Assembly (NCBI GenBank): GCA_963796955.1
Contig: CAWCNJ010000006.1
Span: forward strand, 32,001 to 96,000
DNA from: Endomicrobiales bacterium
GTDB taxonomy: Bacteria > Elusimicrobiota > Endomicrobiia > Endomicrobiales > JALOBY01
Direction: 5' to 3'
DNA: 64,000 bases
Part shown: in pieces, positions 38,466-47,383 of the stretch
Layout of the letters: each line of letters begins with the position of its first letter
Position numbering within the stretch: position 1 is the stretch's first letter
Program-made: the position numbers and the translations under genes
Notes under the pieces: model-generated
Database searches by the model: none
Seen by the model: only the letters and a program-made list of their open reading frames with translations
What the model was told of the DNA's origin: nothing

Positions 38466-39071
38466 ATGAAAATACCTGATAACGAAATTCATGTGTGGTC
38501 TAGTGAGTCAGAAGATAAAAACTTCTGCCGCCAGATCCTTTCCCAATATACAGGTGAAGCCCCCGATGAAATGGTATTCACCAAAAACCAATGGGGCAAA
38601 CCTGAATTACAAGATAATCCGGGAATATTCTTTAATCTCTCCCACACCGAAGGATTTACCGTTTTAGCCGTTACCAACTTCCCCGGCATAGGCATAGATA
38701 TAGAAAAAATAGTGCCGATAGATGAAAGAACGGCCCTGGCCAAAACCTGCCTTTCAGCCCGGGAGCTCCAACAAATGGAACAAGTCCCGCCAGAAAATTG
38801 GGAACCAGCCTTCTACGACTACTGGACCAGAAAAGAATCCGTGATAAAAGCCCTAGGCAAAGGTTTGTCCACCAGCTTGCAGAGTTTTTCCGTCCCACTA
38901 AGCCAAACCTGGTCAAAAGTAACCCTGGCCCAGCAAACCTGGTACCTAAAACCCTTAACCCTACCCCACCCCTGGACAGGCGCCCTAACCGCCGCCCGAA
39001 AATACCCTATCATGGAATATAAATACATCCATGTCACAGATTTTGCAAGAATCGCAGCTACTTGTATTTGA
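38466..39071 (+). CDS. Sfp-type 4'-phosphopantetheinyl transferase
   Basis: GKP, FNLSH, IGIDIE and WTRKESVIKALGKGL motifs. Confidence 0.93.
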   Translation: MKIPDNEIHVWSSESEDKNFCRQILSQYTGEAPDEMVFTKNQWGKPELQDNPGIFFNLSHTEGFTVLAVTNFPGIGIDIEKIVPIDERTALAKTCLSARELQQMEQVPPENWEPAFYDYWTRKESVIKALGKGLSTSLQSFSVPLSQTWSKVTLAQQTWYLKPLTLPHPWTGALTAARKYPIMEYKYIHVTDFARIAATCI

Positions 39072-39282
39072 GGCGATTACTATAGATAATCGCTTCATGA
39101 CGAGTACTGAAAACGCTGGATATTGGCCACTCTCCTTACCTGATCCGCTTTCCACAGGGAATATCTTTGTTCCGCTATTGTAAATAAATCGCAAGAGCGG
39201 TATAATAACTCATCTCCATGGGGGAGATCGACCAAACCCCGTAAAATCCCTCAAGTTGTATATTATCTCATAAGGAGTAGAT

Positions 39283-39915
39283 ATGCTCAAAATGGAACAG
39301 ATCAAGCTTCTAAAACCAAAATTCAATGGCGGCAAAACCGTGATGATGGCGCTGAAGAACAGGAAAACCGTGCGCGTGATTGGCGGTAAAAAACTGACCG
39401 CTCAGCAGTTATCCAACCTCCTGTGGGCCGCCTGCGGCGTTAACCGGAAAAAAGGCCCCTTCGGGGCTTCCGGCAGAACCGCCGCCTCCGCCAGCAATTC
39501 ACAGGAAATAGAGCTTTACGTGGCTATGGCGGATGGGGTTTGCCTTTATGACCCTAACGCGCACAGCCTAAAACCGGTAGTTGGGCAAGACCTGCGACCA
39601 TACGCCATTAATTACGGCCAAAGAAAGATCAGCGCCGATGCACCTGTAAGGATATTATATGTAGTTGACCTCGCGAAATTCCGCACAGCAGGCTTCCAGG
39701 AGCCAGGCCTGTGGGACCCGGAAATACAAAAATCCTATTATTACGTCGACATCGGCCTGATAGCCGGTAACGTAGCCCTGTTCGCCGCCGCAACAGGAAT
39801 GGCCGCCTGGTTCCACAACTGCCAGAAGGAAAAACTCACATCAAAACTAAAGCTGCGCCCGGATCAGAAAGTCCTATTCGCCCAAACCATAGGCTGGCCG
39901 CAGAAGGATTGTTAG
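39283..39915 (+). CDS. Nitroreductase / SagB-like FMN oxidoreductase
   Basis: ALKNRKTVR, LSNLLWAACG and RTAASASNSQE motifs; AAGGAG RBS. Confidence 0.85.
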   Translation: MLKMEQIKLLKPKFNGGKTVMMALKNRKTVRVIGGKKLTAQQLSNLLWAACGVNRKKGPFGASGRTAASASNSQEIELYVAMADGVCLYDPNAHSLKPVVGQDLRPYAINYGQRKISADAPVRILYVVDLAKFRTAGFQEPGLWDPEIQKSYYYVDIGLIAGNVALFAAATGMAAWFHNCQKEKLTSKLKLRPDQKVLFAQTIGWPQKDC

Positions 39916-39939
39916 GGGACGTAGTTAAGTATGTAAGTA

Positions 39940-39969
39940 TTGACAACGTTAGACTTTAATAAATATAAT
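39940..39969 (+). promoter_or_regulatory. Promoter of the Y1 transposase (-35 partly within the left IR), probably leaderless
   Basis: TTGACA 39940-39945, 18 bp, TATAAT 39964-39969, ATG at 39975. Confidence 0.65.
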
Positions 39970-39974
39970 AACTT

Positions 39975-40979
39975 ATGCCCAGACAAGGACGAATAAACAT
40001 TGAAGGTGGAATATATCACGTAATTCAGCGAGGAATAGAGCGAAAAGCGATATTTCATGATGATGCTGACCGTGAGATGTTTCTAAGCAGATTATCTGAA
40101 GGACTAAAAGAAACCGGGCACAAATGTTATGGTTGGGCGCTGATGCCCAATCATTTTCATTTATTGATAAGAACCGGCGCAAAACCATTAAGCGACCTGA
40201 TGCGGGTATTGTTAACGGGGTATGCGTTGTGCTTTAATAAGAAATACAAGCGAAGCGGCTATGTGTACCAGGGAAGATATAAATCAATATTGTGCCAGGA
40301 AGATAATTATCTGATGGAATTGGTAAGATATATACACCTAAACCCTCTGAGGGGAAAGATCGTAAAAGATATGCAGGAATTGAAGGCGTATAAATGGACT
40401 GGCCATAGCGTAATAATGGGTAACAGAAAGGCACCATGGCAGAGCAGCGACGAAGTTCTGGGATATTTTGGAAAGAAGAAAAGTGAAGCTGTGAGGGAAT
40501 ATGAAAAATTTGTAGCGCAGGCAAAAGATATGCCAAGGCGGGAAGATTTGACTGGCGGCGGCTTGATAAGGAGCGCGGGCGGTTGGAGCGGATTGATGGA
40601 CTTAAGGCGGTCAAAAGAGCGTTGGATGGCAGATGAACGAATCTTGGGTGATGGTGATTTTGTAGACAGAGTATTAAATACAGTTGAAGAAAAAGTTAAC
40701 CGGAAGGAACAGTTACAACGCGAAGGCTGGAATAAAGAAAAACTGGTAGAGCAGGTGTGTAAGCTAACAGGCATAACGAAAAAAGAAATATACAGATACA
40801 GCAAGAACAGTAAAATAGCAGAAGCGAGAAAACTTCTTACATATTGGGGAAACAAGGAATTAGGCATGAGTGGAATGGAGCTGGCAGAGATGCTAGGAAT
40901 CACAAGGTCAGCAGTTTCACAAAGCATAAAACAAGGGGAAGCAATTGCCGCAAGGTATGGTCAATACTTACATACTTAA
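39975..40979 (+). CDS. REP-associated tyrosine transposase-like HUH/Y1 enzyme with C-terminal DnaA_C/TrpR-like HTH
   Basis: YHVIQRG, LMPNHFHLL (HUH), QGRYKS and YIHLNP motifs; C-terminal HTH (GMELAEMLGITRSAVSQ). Confidence 0.9.
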   Translation: MPRQGRINIEGGIYHVIQRGIERKAIFHDDADREMFLSRLSEGLKETGHKCYGWALMPNHFHLLIRTGAKPLSDLMRVLLTGYALCFNKKYKRSGYVYQGRYKSILCQEDNYLMELVRYIHLNPLRGKIVKDMQELKAYKWTGHSVIMGNRKAPWQSSDEVLGYFGKKKSEAVREYEKFVAQAKDMPRREDLTGGGLIRSAGGWSGLMDLRRSKERWMADERILGDGDFVDRVLNTVEEKVNRKEQLQREGWNKEKLVEQVCKLTGITKKEIYRYSKNSKIAEARKLLTYWGNKELGMSGMELAEMLGITRSAVSQSIKQGEAIAARYGQYLHT

Positions 40980-40987
40980 CTATGGAC

Positions 40988-41815
40988 TTAACCCGTTTTT
41001 GTGGACACAAGAGCGGGTAATTTTGCCTCGAACTGTGTGGGGCTAAGATACCCCAACGTTGAGTGCATTCTCTTGCGATTATAAAATATTTCGATGTACT
41101 CAAACAACTGTGCTCTCGCTTCTTCGCGAGAATTGAATCTGGCGTCGTTTTGTAATTCGTACTTCAATGTCTTGAAGAAGCTCTCTGCAACAGCGTTGTC
41201 CCAGCAATTTCCTTTGCGGCTCATGCTCATCTGAATGTTATGCTCTTTTAATCTAGCCTGAAACGCATAGCTCTTATACTGGCTACCCTGGTCCGAGTGA
41301 TGAATCAACGGCCCCGTCGGTCTGCGACTCTCAATGGCCATTTCCAGGGCATTCACTATAAGGCGCTCCGTCATCTGGCCGTGAATGGCCCAACCAACGA
41401 CCCTGCGCGAATAAAGGTCTAGCACAACCGCCAGATGAACCCATCCGGAACCTGTCCAGAACGTCGTCATGTCTGCGACCCAGACCCGGTTTGGTTCAGG
41501 AACATTGAACTGTTGTTGCACCAGGTTGTCAGCTGCTATAGCTGTCTTAAACACTCGTTTCCATCGCATACGGCGATGTGGCGCTGCAACGATACCGTTC
41601 TTTCTCATCAGTCTTGCTACGCGCTTTCGTCCCAGCTTTAAACCTTCGGACTTCAGCGCTTCATGAATTCGGGGAGCTCCGTATACTTTCCGGTTTTTAT
41701 CATAAATGCCCCGAATTTTGCTCAGTAATACGGTGTCTGTCCGGCTATGCTTGCTTTGACCGCGCGATTTCCATGCATAATATCCGGATCTGGAAACCGA
41801 CAGAACATCGCACAT
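40988..41815 (-). CDS. IS3 transposase OrfB (DDE integrase core)
   Basis: WVADMT, DLYSRRVVGW, HHSDQGSQY, CWDNAVAESFF and YNRKRMHSTLGY motifs. Confidence 0.95.
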   Translation of the reverse strand: MCDVLSVSRSGYYAWKSRGQSKHSRTDTVLLSKIRGIYDKNRKVYGAPRIHEALKSEGLKLGRKRVARLMRKNGIVAAPHRRMRWKRVFKTAIAADNLVQQQFNVPEPNRVWVADMTTFWTGSGWVHLAVVLDLYSRRVVGWAIHGQMTERLIVNALEMAIESRRPTGPLIHHSDQGSQYKSYAFQARLKEHNIQMSMSRKGNCWDNAVAESFFKTLKYELQNDARFNSREEARAQLFEYIEIFYNRKRMHSTLGYLSPTQFEAKLPALVSTKTG

Positions 41816-41820
41816 TGTTG

Positions 41821-42159
41821 CTATTCTGAAGTCCCGTTCGTGTTCCCTGATGAACCGGAATCGTTCAATGCGTCCTTGGCAAAGTAAATTAGGCTTTTTT
41901 TTAAAACGTCCCGCTCTTCGCGCAAGCGTTTGTTCTCTCGGCGAAGATCTTCTAGCTCTGTGTTGGGGGTGTTGTGGCCAACACCGGGAAATGCTTCAGT
42001 GGTTTTTTTATCAACCTCGGTTCGCCACTTGTAAAGATGATGTACGGGCAACTCAAGCTCGCGGGCTACTTCGGCAACACTTTTGCCGCTTACCTGCGTC
42101 CGGCGAACTGCTTCAAGCTTGAACTCCCGATTGTAACGCATCCGGTCTCTCTTTTGCAT
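41821..42159 (-). CDS. IS3 transposase OrfA (HTH + leucine zipper), -1 frameshift to OrfB
   Basis: YNREFKLEAV...LRRENKRLREERDVLKKS; slippery A8G on the minus strand at 41902-41894. Confidence 0.92.
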   Translation of the reverse strand: MQKRDRMRYNREFKLEAVRRTQVSGKSVAEVARELELPVHHLYKWRTEVDKKTTEAFPGVGHNTPNTELEDLRRENKRLREERDVLKKSLIYFAKDALNDSGSSGNTNGTSE

Positions 42160-42359
42160 CGGACACCTCCAGGGTCTTCATATTATACCCTTTTCTGTGT
42201 CCACTAAACCGGGGCAAGTCCACTACGTCCCCTATGCTAAAAGGGTTTTAATGTCTCCAAACTTGAAAAGACGCCGCAAGGAAACACGGACGTTGTTAGG
42301 TAATTAGGTATCGGTTTTGCAACGTAATCAATGGTCTAAATAGGAATAATCAAATAATG

Positions 42360-42401
42360 AAAGCCTGAAGTTCGTCGGCCGCGAAACTTCGGGCTTTTTT
42401 T
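42360..42401. terminator. Intrinsic terminator-like hairpin
   Basis: AAAGCCTGAAGTT / AACTTCGGGCTTT stem followed by a T run. Confidence 0.55.
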
Positions 42402-42542
42402 ATTTGTCTAATGTATATCGGGCGTGGAAAGGCGTCAGGTGCTGCGCTATGCGGGTCATGGCGCGGGCGGTATTTAAGAGTATTATCAATATTGAGAACA
42501 ATACTATGACATAAGACGGTTATGTTTAAAGGCAGGTATCCT

Positions 42543-43343
42543 ATGAGAAAAATTTCACTTATTTTTGCGGCGTTGTTATTGAGTTCGGCTGCCATGGCGG
42601 ATATCGTATATTTAAAGGACGGTCAGGCGTTGCGTGGTAATGTGGTCTCGCAGGATGAAAATACGGTGGTTATAGAGACCTATAACGGCAATACCGAAAC
42701 GCTGGATAGAAAATACGTGGACAGGGTAAGCGAAGATGATACCTACAGCAACTATCGCAAGAGAATGAGACGCGGATACGAAAGCGGCGAGGGGTGGACG
42801 AGCGATGAATGGATATTTAAGTTCGGGGTGGATTTTGACGGTAAGCATGAAACCTCTAACAGCAATCTTTTTATAGTAGGGCAGGGAAATACTTCCCTTG
42901 ACGGAACGCAGGATGTGAATTCCGGGGTGGGTTTCGGCCTGGAATATGTGACCTACGACACCCAACACCTCGGTTTCGGCGGCGGTATAACCATTCAGGG
43001 TTCCCGCGGGTTGGCGGATGTTACCGGCAATTTCAGCTTTACGCCGATCTACGCGCTGGCGAAATGGCGCACGGCGTCCGACAGGCGCAACCACTATAAG
43101 TATCTGATCGGCCAGCTGGGTTACAACTTTTTCAGCGGCGACCGCGATTATCGGGGCGATAACGGCAGCCTGGACGGCGGCTTATATTTCGGCGCTGGCG
43201 CCGGTGTTACGCTTAACCGGGTGCAGTTTGAGTTGTTGTACACCGAAGATCGCGGCAAGGTACGGGCTTCGGGCTTCGACTTCGTTGAATCCGGCGATAT
43301 ACGTTATTCGAAATTGGGTTTGACCGTCGGCTTCCTGTTCTAA
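42543..43343 (+). CDS. Outer-membrane beta-barrel protein with small N-terminal domain
   Basis: Signal peptide ending AMA, DIVYLKDG motif, amphipathic strands, C-terminal GFLF. Confidence 0.7.
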   Translation: MRKISLIFAALLLSSAAMADIVYLKDGQALRGNVVSQDENTVVIETYNGNTETLDRKYVDRVSEDDTYSNYRKRMRRGYESGEGWTSDEWIFKFGVDFDGKHETSNSNLFIVGQGNTSLDGTQDVNSGVGFGLEYVTYDTQHLGFGGGITIQGSRGLADVTGNFSFTPIYALAKWRTASDRRNHYKYLIGQLGYNFFSGDRDYRGDNGSLDGGLYFGAGAGVTLNRVQFELLYTEDRGKVRASGFDFVESGDIRYSKLGLTVGFLF

Positions 43344-43366
43344 ATATTATCGTAAAGGAAAAAATT

Positions 43367-45583
43367 ATGAAGAGAATCATTCAAGCAGCTTCCCTGCTCC
43401 TGTTGTTAACCTTCGCTTTGGCGGGCCCTCTGAGGGCGGCAGCCGCGAACCCTTCGGATGAAGATCTGTGGCCGAAAGTCGTTAAGGGCGAGAACGCCGT
43501 GTTCAAGGTTTACCAGCCGCAGGTAGATGCCTGGGACGGATTCACTCTTCAGGCGCATTCGGCCATCAGCGTGCAGAAATCCGCCGGTGACAGCCACGTC
43601 GCGTATGGGGTTGCCAGCTTTACGGCAAAGACGATCGTCAATAAAGTTTCAAGGATCGTCGATTTTGAAGATCTCAAGATAAATGATCTCAGTTTCCCTT
43701 CCGATCCTGCTAAGGAAAAACCCTATCTGGACGACCTGCGCAAGACGGCTCCTCTGCAGATGAAAAGCATAGCCTTGGACCGGCTTGAGGCGAACCTTGA
43801 TATATTGGAAGAACAAAAAAAGGGCGAGGCCCACCGGCTTAACAACGAGCCGCCGAGAATACTTTTTTCGGATAAGCTTGCCGTGCTGGTGCTGATAGAC
43901 GGGGATCCGGTGTTCGGTCCGGTCAAAGGCACAACGCTTTCCCGGGTGCTGAATACGCACGTGTTGTTATTGAAGGACAGCGCCAACAGGTATTACCTGC
44001 ACGTCTTCGGCGGGTATATGCAGGCGGATAACATGAACGGTCCCTGGGCGCCGGCCGCTAAACCGCCGCAGGGCGCCGAGACGGCGGAGAAAGAAACGAA
44101 AGGGTTGGACCTTATGGACGCCGCTGCCGACACTACCGATAACAAGACCCCGCCTCCGTCATTGGCGAAGGGGGATATTCCCGTGGTATATGTCTCAACC
44201 GTGCCCGCGGAACTGATAGTGACCGAGGGGGAACCGAATTTTGTGCCGCTGGAAGGCACTAAGCTGCTGTATGTCTCCAATACCTCGGCCAATGTCTTCG
44301 AAGAAATGCGCGGACAGAAGCTGTACGTGCTTGCCTCGGGAAGGTGGTTCCGCGCCCCCTCAAAGGACGGGCCGTGGGAATATGTTCCGGCGGATAAGCT
44401 CCCCGACGACTTCGCTAATATTTCAGATAACAGCACCAAGGAGAACGTAAAAGCCTCCATTCCCGGAACGCCGCAGGCGCAGGAAGCACTGATCGCCAAC
44501 AATATACCGGACACCTCAAAAATAGACCGTTCTTCCGCTAAAATAGATATAAAGATAGACGGTGAGCCTGTGATCAAGCCGATAGAAGGAACCTCACTGT
44601 CGTATGTTTTCAACTGCTCCCTGCCGCTTATCAGGGTTGATGAGGATAGCTGGTTCGCCGTATATAACGGGGTGTGGTTCAACGCAAAAAGCGTTGACGG
44701 CCCCTGGACCGTTGCAGATTCTGTGCCGCCGGTAATATACTCCATTCCCACCGATTCACCCCTGCATTACGTTACGTATGTGCGGATCTACGATGCGAAC
44801 GACCGGTATGTGTACGAGGGCTACACCCCGGGCTATTACGGTACCGTGGTAAGCCGCGACGGTACGGTGGTATACGGCACGGGTTACGCCTATCCGTCAT
44901 ATATCGGTAACGATTATTGGTATCCGCCGATGTATACCTACGGCTTCGGCAGCGATCTGTGCTGGACGCCGTGGTATGGCTGGAGTTTCGGGTTCGGCTT
45001 CGGTTGGGGCTTTGGGCCCGCCTGGTTCGACCTTGATTTCCCCTTCTTTTTCCACGACAGGTTCTTCAACAGGTTCGGCGAGCGCCACCGCAGGTTCGGG
45101 AATTTTGGCCATTTCGGCAGGGCTTATAACTCAAGAAATGGTATGATAATAACCGGTCATGGCCAGCCTCACGCGATCAGAAATGTTTTCCACGGCGGCA
45201 GCAGCAGAATGGGCACCGCTCTCGGCGGAAGCCGCCATGTCTACGGTACCAGGTCGGGCCATGTCTATTCTTATACGCCGCGGGGGAATACCGGCTCCTG
45301 GGGCTCTTTGGGCCGTCAGCCCAGGCAGGTGCCCTCAGTGGGCAGGGAAGCGCCAAACTCGCTTAACCGCGAAATGCGCGGCAGGGAGACCGGCGAAACA
45401 CGGTTCCGCAGTTTCAGGGAAAATCGCGGTATGGGCAGCTGGGGCGGGCATGAAAGCGGCCCCGCGCAAAGCCCGGGTACCACGGCGCCTGAAGCGCCGC
45501 GAGGCGGTGCCGGAAGCTCTGGAAGCTCCGGAGGGTCCGGAGGCGGCGGCGGTCACATGGGCGGTTGGGGCGGACGGCGGTAA
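43367..45583 (+). CDS. Secreted hypothetical protein with three xGPW repeats and a Gly/Arg-rich low-complexity tail
   Basis: Signal peptide; repeats ending NGPW, DGPW, DGPW; GWSFGFGFGWG; Gly-rich C-terminus. Confidence 0.65.
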   Translation: MKRIIQAASLLLLLTFALAGPLRAAAANPSDEDLWPKVVKGENAVFKVYQPQVDAWDGFTLQAHSAISVQKSAGDSHVAYGVASFTAKTIVNKVSRIVDFEDLKINDLSFPSDPAKEKPYLDDLRKTAPLQMKSIALDRLEANLDILEEQKKGEAHRLNNEPPRILFSDKLAVLVLIDGDPVFGPVKGTTLSRVLNTHVLLLKDSANRYYLHVFGGYMQADNMNGPWAPAAKPPQGAETAEKETKGLDLMDAAADTTDNKTPPPSLAKGDIPVVYVSTVPAELIVTEGEPNFVPLEGTKLLYVSNTSANVFEEMRGQKLYVLASGRWFRAPSKDGPWEYVPADKLPDDFANISDNSTKENVKASIPGTPQAQEALIANNIPDTSKIDRSSAKIDIKIDGEPVIKPIEGTSLSYVFNCSLPLIRVDEDSWFAVYNGVWFNAKSVDGPWTVADSVPPVIYSIPTDSPLHYVTYVRIYDANDRYVYEGYTPGYYGTVVSRDGTVVYGTGYAYPSYIGNDYWYPPMYTYGFGSDLCWTPWYGWSFGFGFGWGFGPAWFDLDFPFFFHDRFFNRFGERHRRFGNFGHFGRAYNSRNGMIITGHGQPHAIRNVFHGGSSRMGTALGGSRHVYGTRSGHVYSYTPRGNTGSWGSLGRQPRQVPSVGREAPNSLNREMRGRETGETRFRSFRENRGMGSWGGHESGPAQSPGTTAPEAPRGGAGSSGSSGGSGGGGGHMGGWGGRR

Positions 45584-45586
45584 CAT

Positions 45587-46666
45587 ATGCTAAAAAATAT
45601 TATTATCATCTTTACCATATGTGCGGCATTTACAGGGGGCATACAGGCTATGGAAAATAAAACAGATACGGCAACTTTCGCCGGCGGGTGTTTTTGGTGC
45701 ATGGTGCATCCGTTCGACACGTATGCCGGCGTCAGCAAGGTCGTTTCGGGTTATGCCGGCGGTACGGGCAAGAGCCCTACCTATGAGGATTACGCTGAAA
45801 AAGGGTATGTAGAGGCCGTACAGATAACCTTCGACCCTTCCGTCATATCGTATGAACGGTTGCTGGATATATTCTGGAAGCAGATAGATCCGACGGACGC
45901 CGGCGGTGAGTTCGTCGACCGCGGGCCGCAGTACCGCTCTGCCATATTTTATCATGACAACGAACAAAAACAGACGGCACTGAAAACGAAACAGGAACTG
46001 GCCTCCTCGGGCAAATTCACAAAACCGATCGTTACGGAAATACTGCCGTTCACTAATTTTTACCCCGCCGAGGATTATCACCAGGATTATTACAAAAAAA
46101 ATCCGGTGAAATATAAATATTACCGCCATAACGCCGGCAGGGACCAGTTCCTGAACAAGGTCTGGAAGGATCAGCGCAACACGCCTGAGCTGACGGGCTC
46201 CACCGCCACCGTTAGTTCCGCAATATCAAAAGATGAACTTAAAAGCAGGCTGAGCCCGATACAATATGAGGTTACGCAGCTGAAGGGCACCGAAAAGCCC
46301 TTTAAGAACGAATACTGGGACAATGAACGCGACGGCATTTATGTGGATATCGTTTCGGGCGAGCCGCTGTTCAGCTCTCTCGATAAATTTGATTCGGCTA
46401 CCGGGTGGCCCAGCTTTACGCGCCCGCTGGAACCGGATAATATCGTTGAGAAACCTGACAACACCCTGTTCGTTACCAGAACAGAGGTGCGCAGCAAGCA
46501 CGGGGACTCCCATCTGGGCCACGTTTTTAAGGACGGCCCGAAACCGACGGGACTGCGTTATTGCATGAACTCAGCGGCCCTCCGGTTCATCTCAAAAGAA
46601 AATCTCGAAAAAGAAGGCTACGGGCAATACACGAAGCTGTTCGAGAACCAGCTGCAGCATAGATAA
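45587..46666 (+). CDS. msrAB: Exported bifunctional methionine sulfoxide reductase MsrA/MsrB
   Basis: GGCFWC (MsrA), [20 protein letters not shown] and RYCMNS (MsrB); N-terminal signal peptide. Confidence 0.95.
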   Translation: MLKNIIIIFTICAAFTGGIQAMENKTDTATFAGGCFWCMVHPFDTYAGVSKVVSGYAGGTGKSPTYEDYAEKGYVEAVQITFDPSVISYERLLDIFWKQIDPTDAGGEFVDRGPQYRSAIFYHDNEQKQTALKTKQELASSGKFTKPIVTEILPFTNFYPAEDYHQDYYKKNPVKYKYYRHNAGRDQFLNKVWKDQRNTPELTGSTATVSSAISKDELKSRLSPIQYEVTQLKGTEKPFKNEYWDNERDGIYVDIVSGEPLFSSLDKFDSATGWPSFTRPLEPDNIVEKPDNTLFVTRTEVRSKHGDSHLGHVFKDGPKPTGLRYCMNSAALRFISKENLEKEGYGQYTKLFENQLQHR

Positions 46667-46696
46667 TGATTCCCTGTTCGGGGTGAGGTTGGGCGT

Positions 46697-47383
46697 TTGA
46701 AAATATCGATAATAATACCGGTGTACCATGAAGCCGCTCGGATCAACGCGCTGCTGGAAGAGTTGCGCTCGGGCGGGGCCGGTAAACCTTTTGAAATTAT
46801 CGTCGTGGATGGAAGCCCGTCTAAAGATACGCTGCGGGTTATAACAGATCCGGACGTGAAACAAAGGGTTTCCGCCAAGGGGCGCGCCGCGCAGATGAAT
46901 GCCGGCGCATCTATGGCCGGCGGCGACATCCTCCTGTTCCTGCATGCCGACACGCGTTTGCCTCAAGACGCTTTGCAGGATATTACCGCTCAAGTGCGTC
47001 TGGGCTTTGATGCCGGCGCCTTCGAATTAAAACTGGATTCCGCTCATCCCTTCCTTCGTTTTGTGTCGTTTACCGCCTCTTTCAGGTCCAAACTCCTCAA
47101 GATGCCCTTCGGCGATCAGGCGCTGTTCGTTAAGACCGGTATGTTCCGGTCGATAGGCGGCTTTACGGATATGGCGTTGATGGAAGATTTTGACCTGATG
47201 AAAAGGCTGAAGAAAAAGGGCTGCCGTATAGGTATCATAGATAAACCGGTGATCTCATCGGCGAGGAAGTGGGAGAGCGGCGGCATATACCGCAACACCG
47301 TTCGAAATCATTTGATGCGGCTGCTCTATCGTTTCGGAGCGGCCCCGGCCGTGCTTGAAAAATTCTATTATGGCGAACAATGA
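46697..47383 (+). CDS. GT2 glycosyltransferase, TIGR04283-like (arsenosugar biosynthesis-associated)
   Basis: ISIIIPV, GRAAQMNAGA, LLFLHADT, FGDQALF, MEDF and SSARKW motifs. Confidence 0.85.
   Translation: MKISIIIPVYHEAARINALLEELRSGGAGKPFEIIVVDGSPSKDTLRVITDPDVKQRVSAKGRAAQMNAGASMAGGDILLFLHADTRLPQDALQDITAQVRLGFDAGAFELKLDSAHPFLRFVSFTASFRSKLLKMPFGDQALFVKTGMFRSIGGFTDMALMEDFDLMKRLKKKGCRIGIIDKPVISSARKWESGGIYRNTVRNHLMRLLYRFGAAPAVLEKFYYGEQ

Larger units (their letters stand above)
40983..42222 (-). mobile_element. IS3-family insertion sequence, 1240 bp, 3-bp TSD CTA
   Basis: 26-bp IRs TGGACTTAACCCGTTTTTGTGGACAC / TGGACTTGCCCCGGTTTAGTGGACAC (22/26), TG...CA ends, CTA at 40980-40982 and 42223-42225. 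Confidence 0.95.
39913..42234 (+). mobile_element. Y1/RAYT-type element bounded by 32-bp terminal inverted repeats (right repeat interrupted by IS3)
   Basis: Left TAGGGGACGTAGTTAAGTATGTAAGTATTGAC (39913-39944); right GTCAATACTTACATACTTAACTA (40960-40982) + CGTCCCCTA (42226-42234) is the exact reverse complement once IS3 and one CTA are removed. Confidence 0.8.

Noticed and set aside
42240..42401. Riboswitch (e.g. c-di-GMP) upstream of the terminator hairpin
   Set aside because: No recognisable aptamer consensus; only the hairpin is supported.
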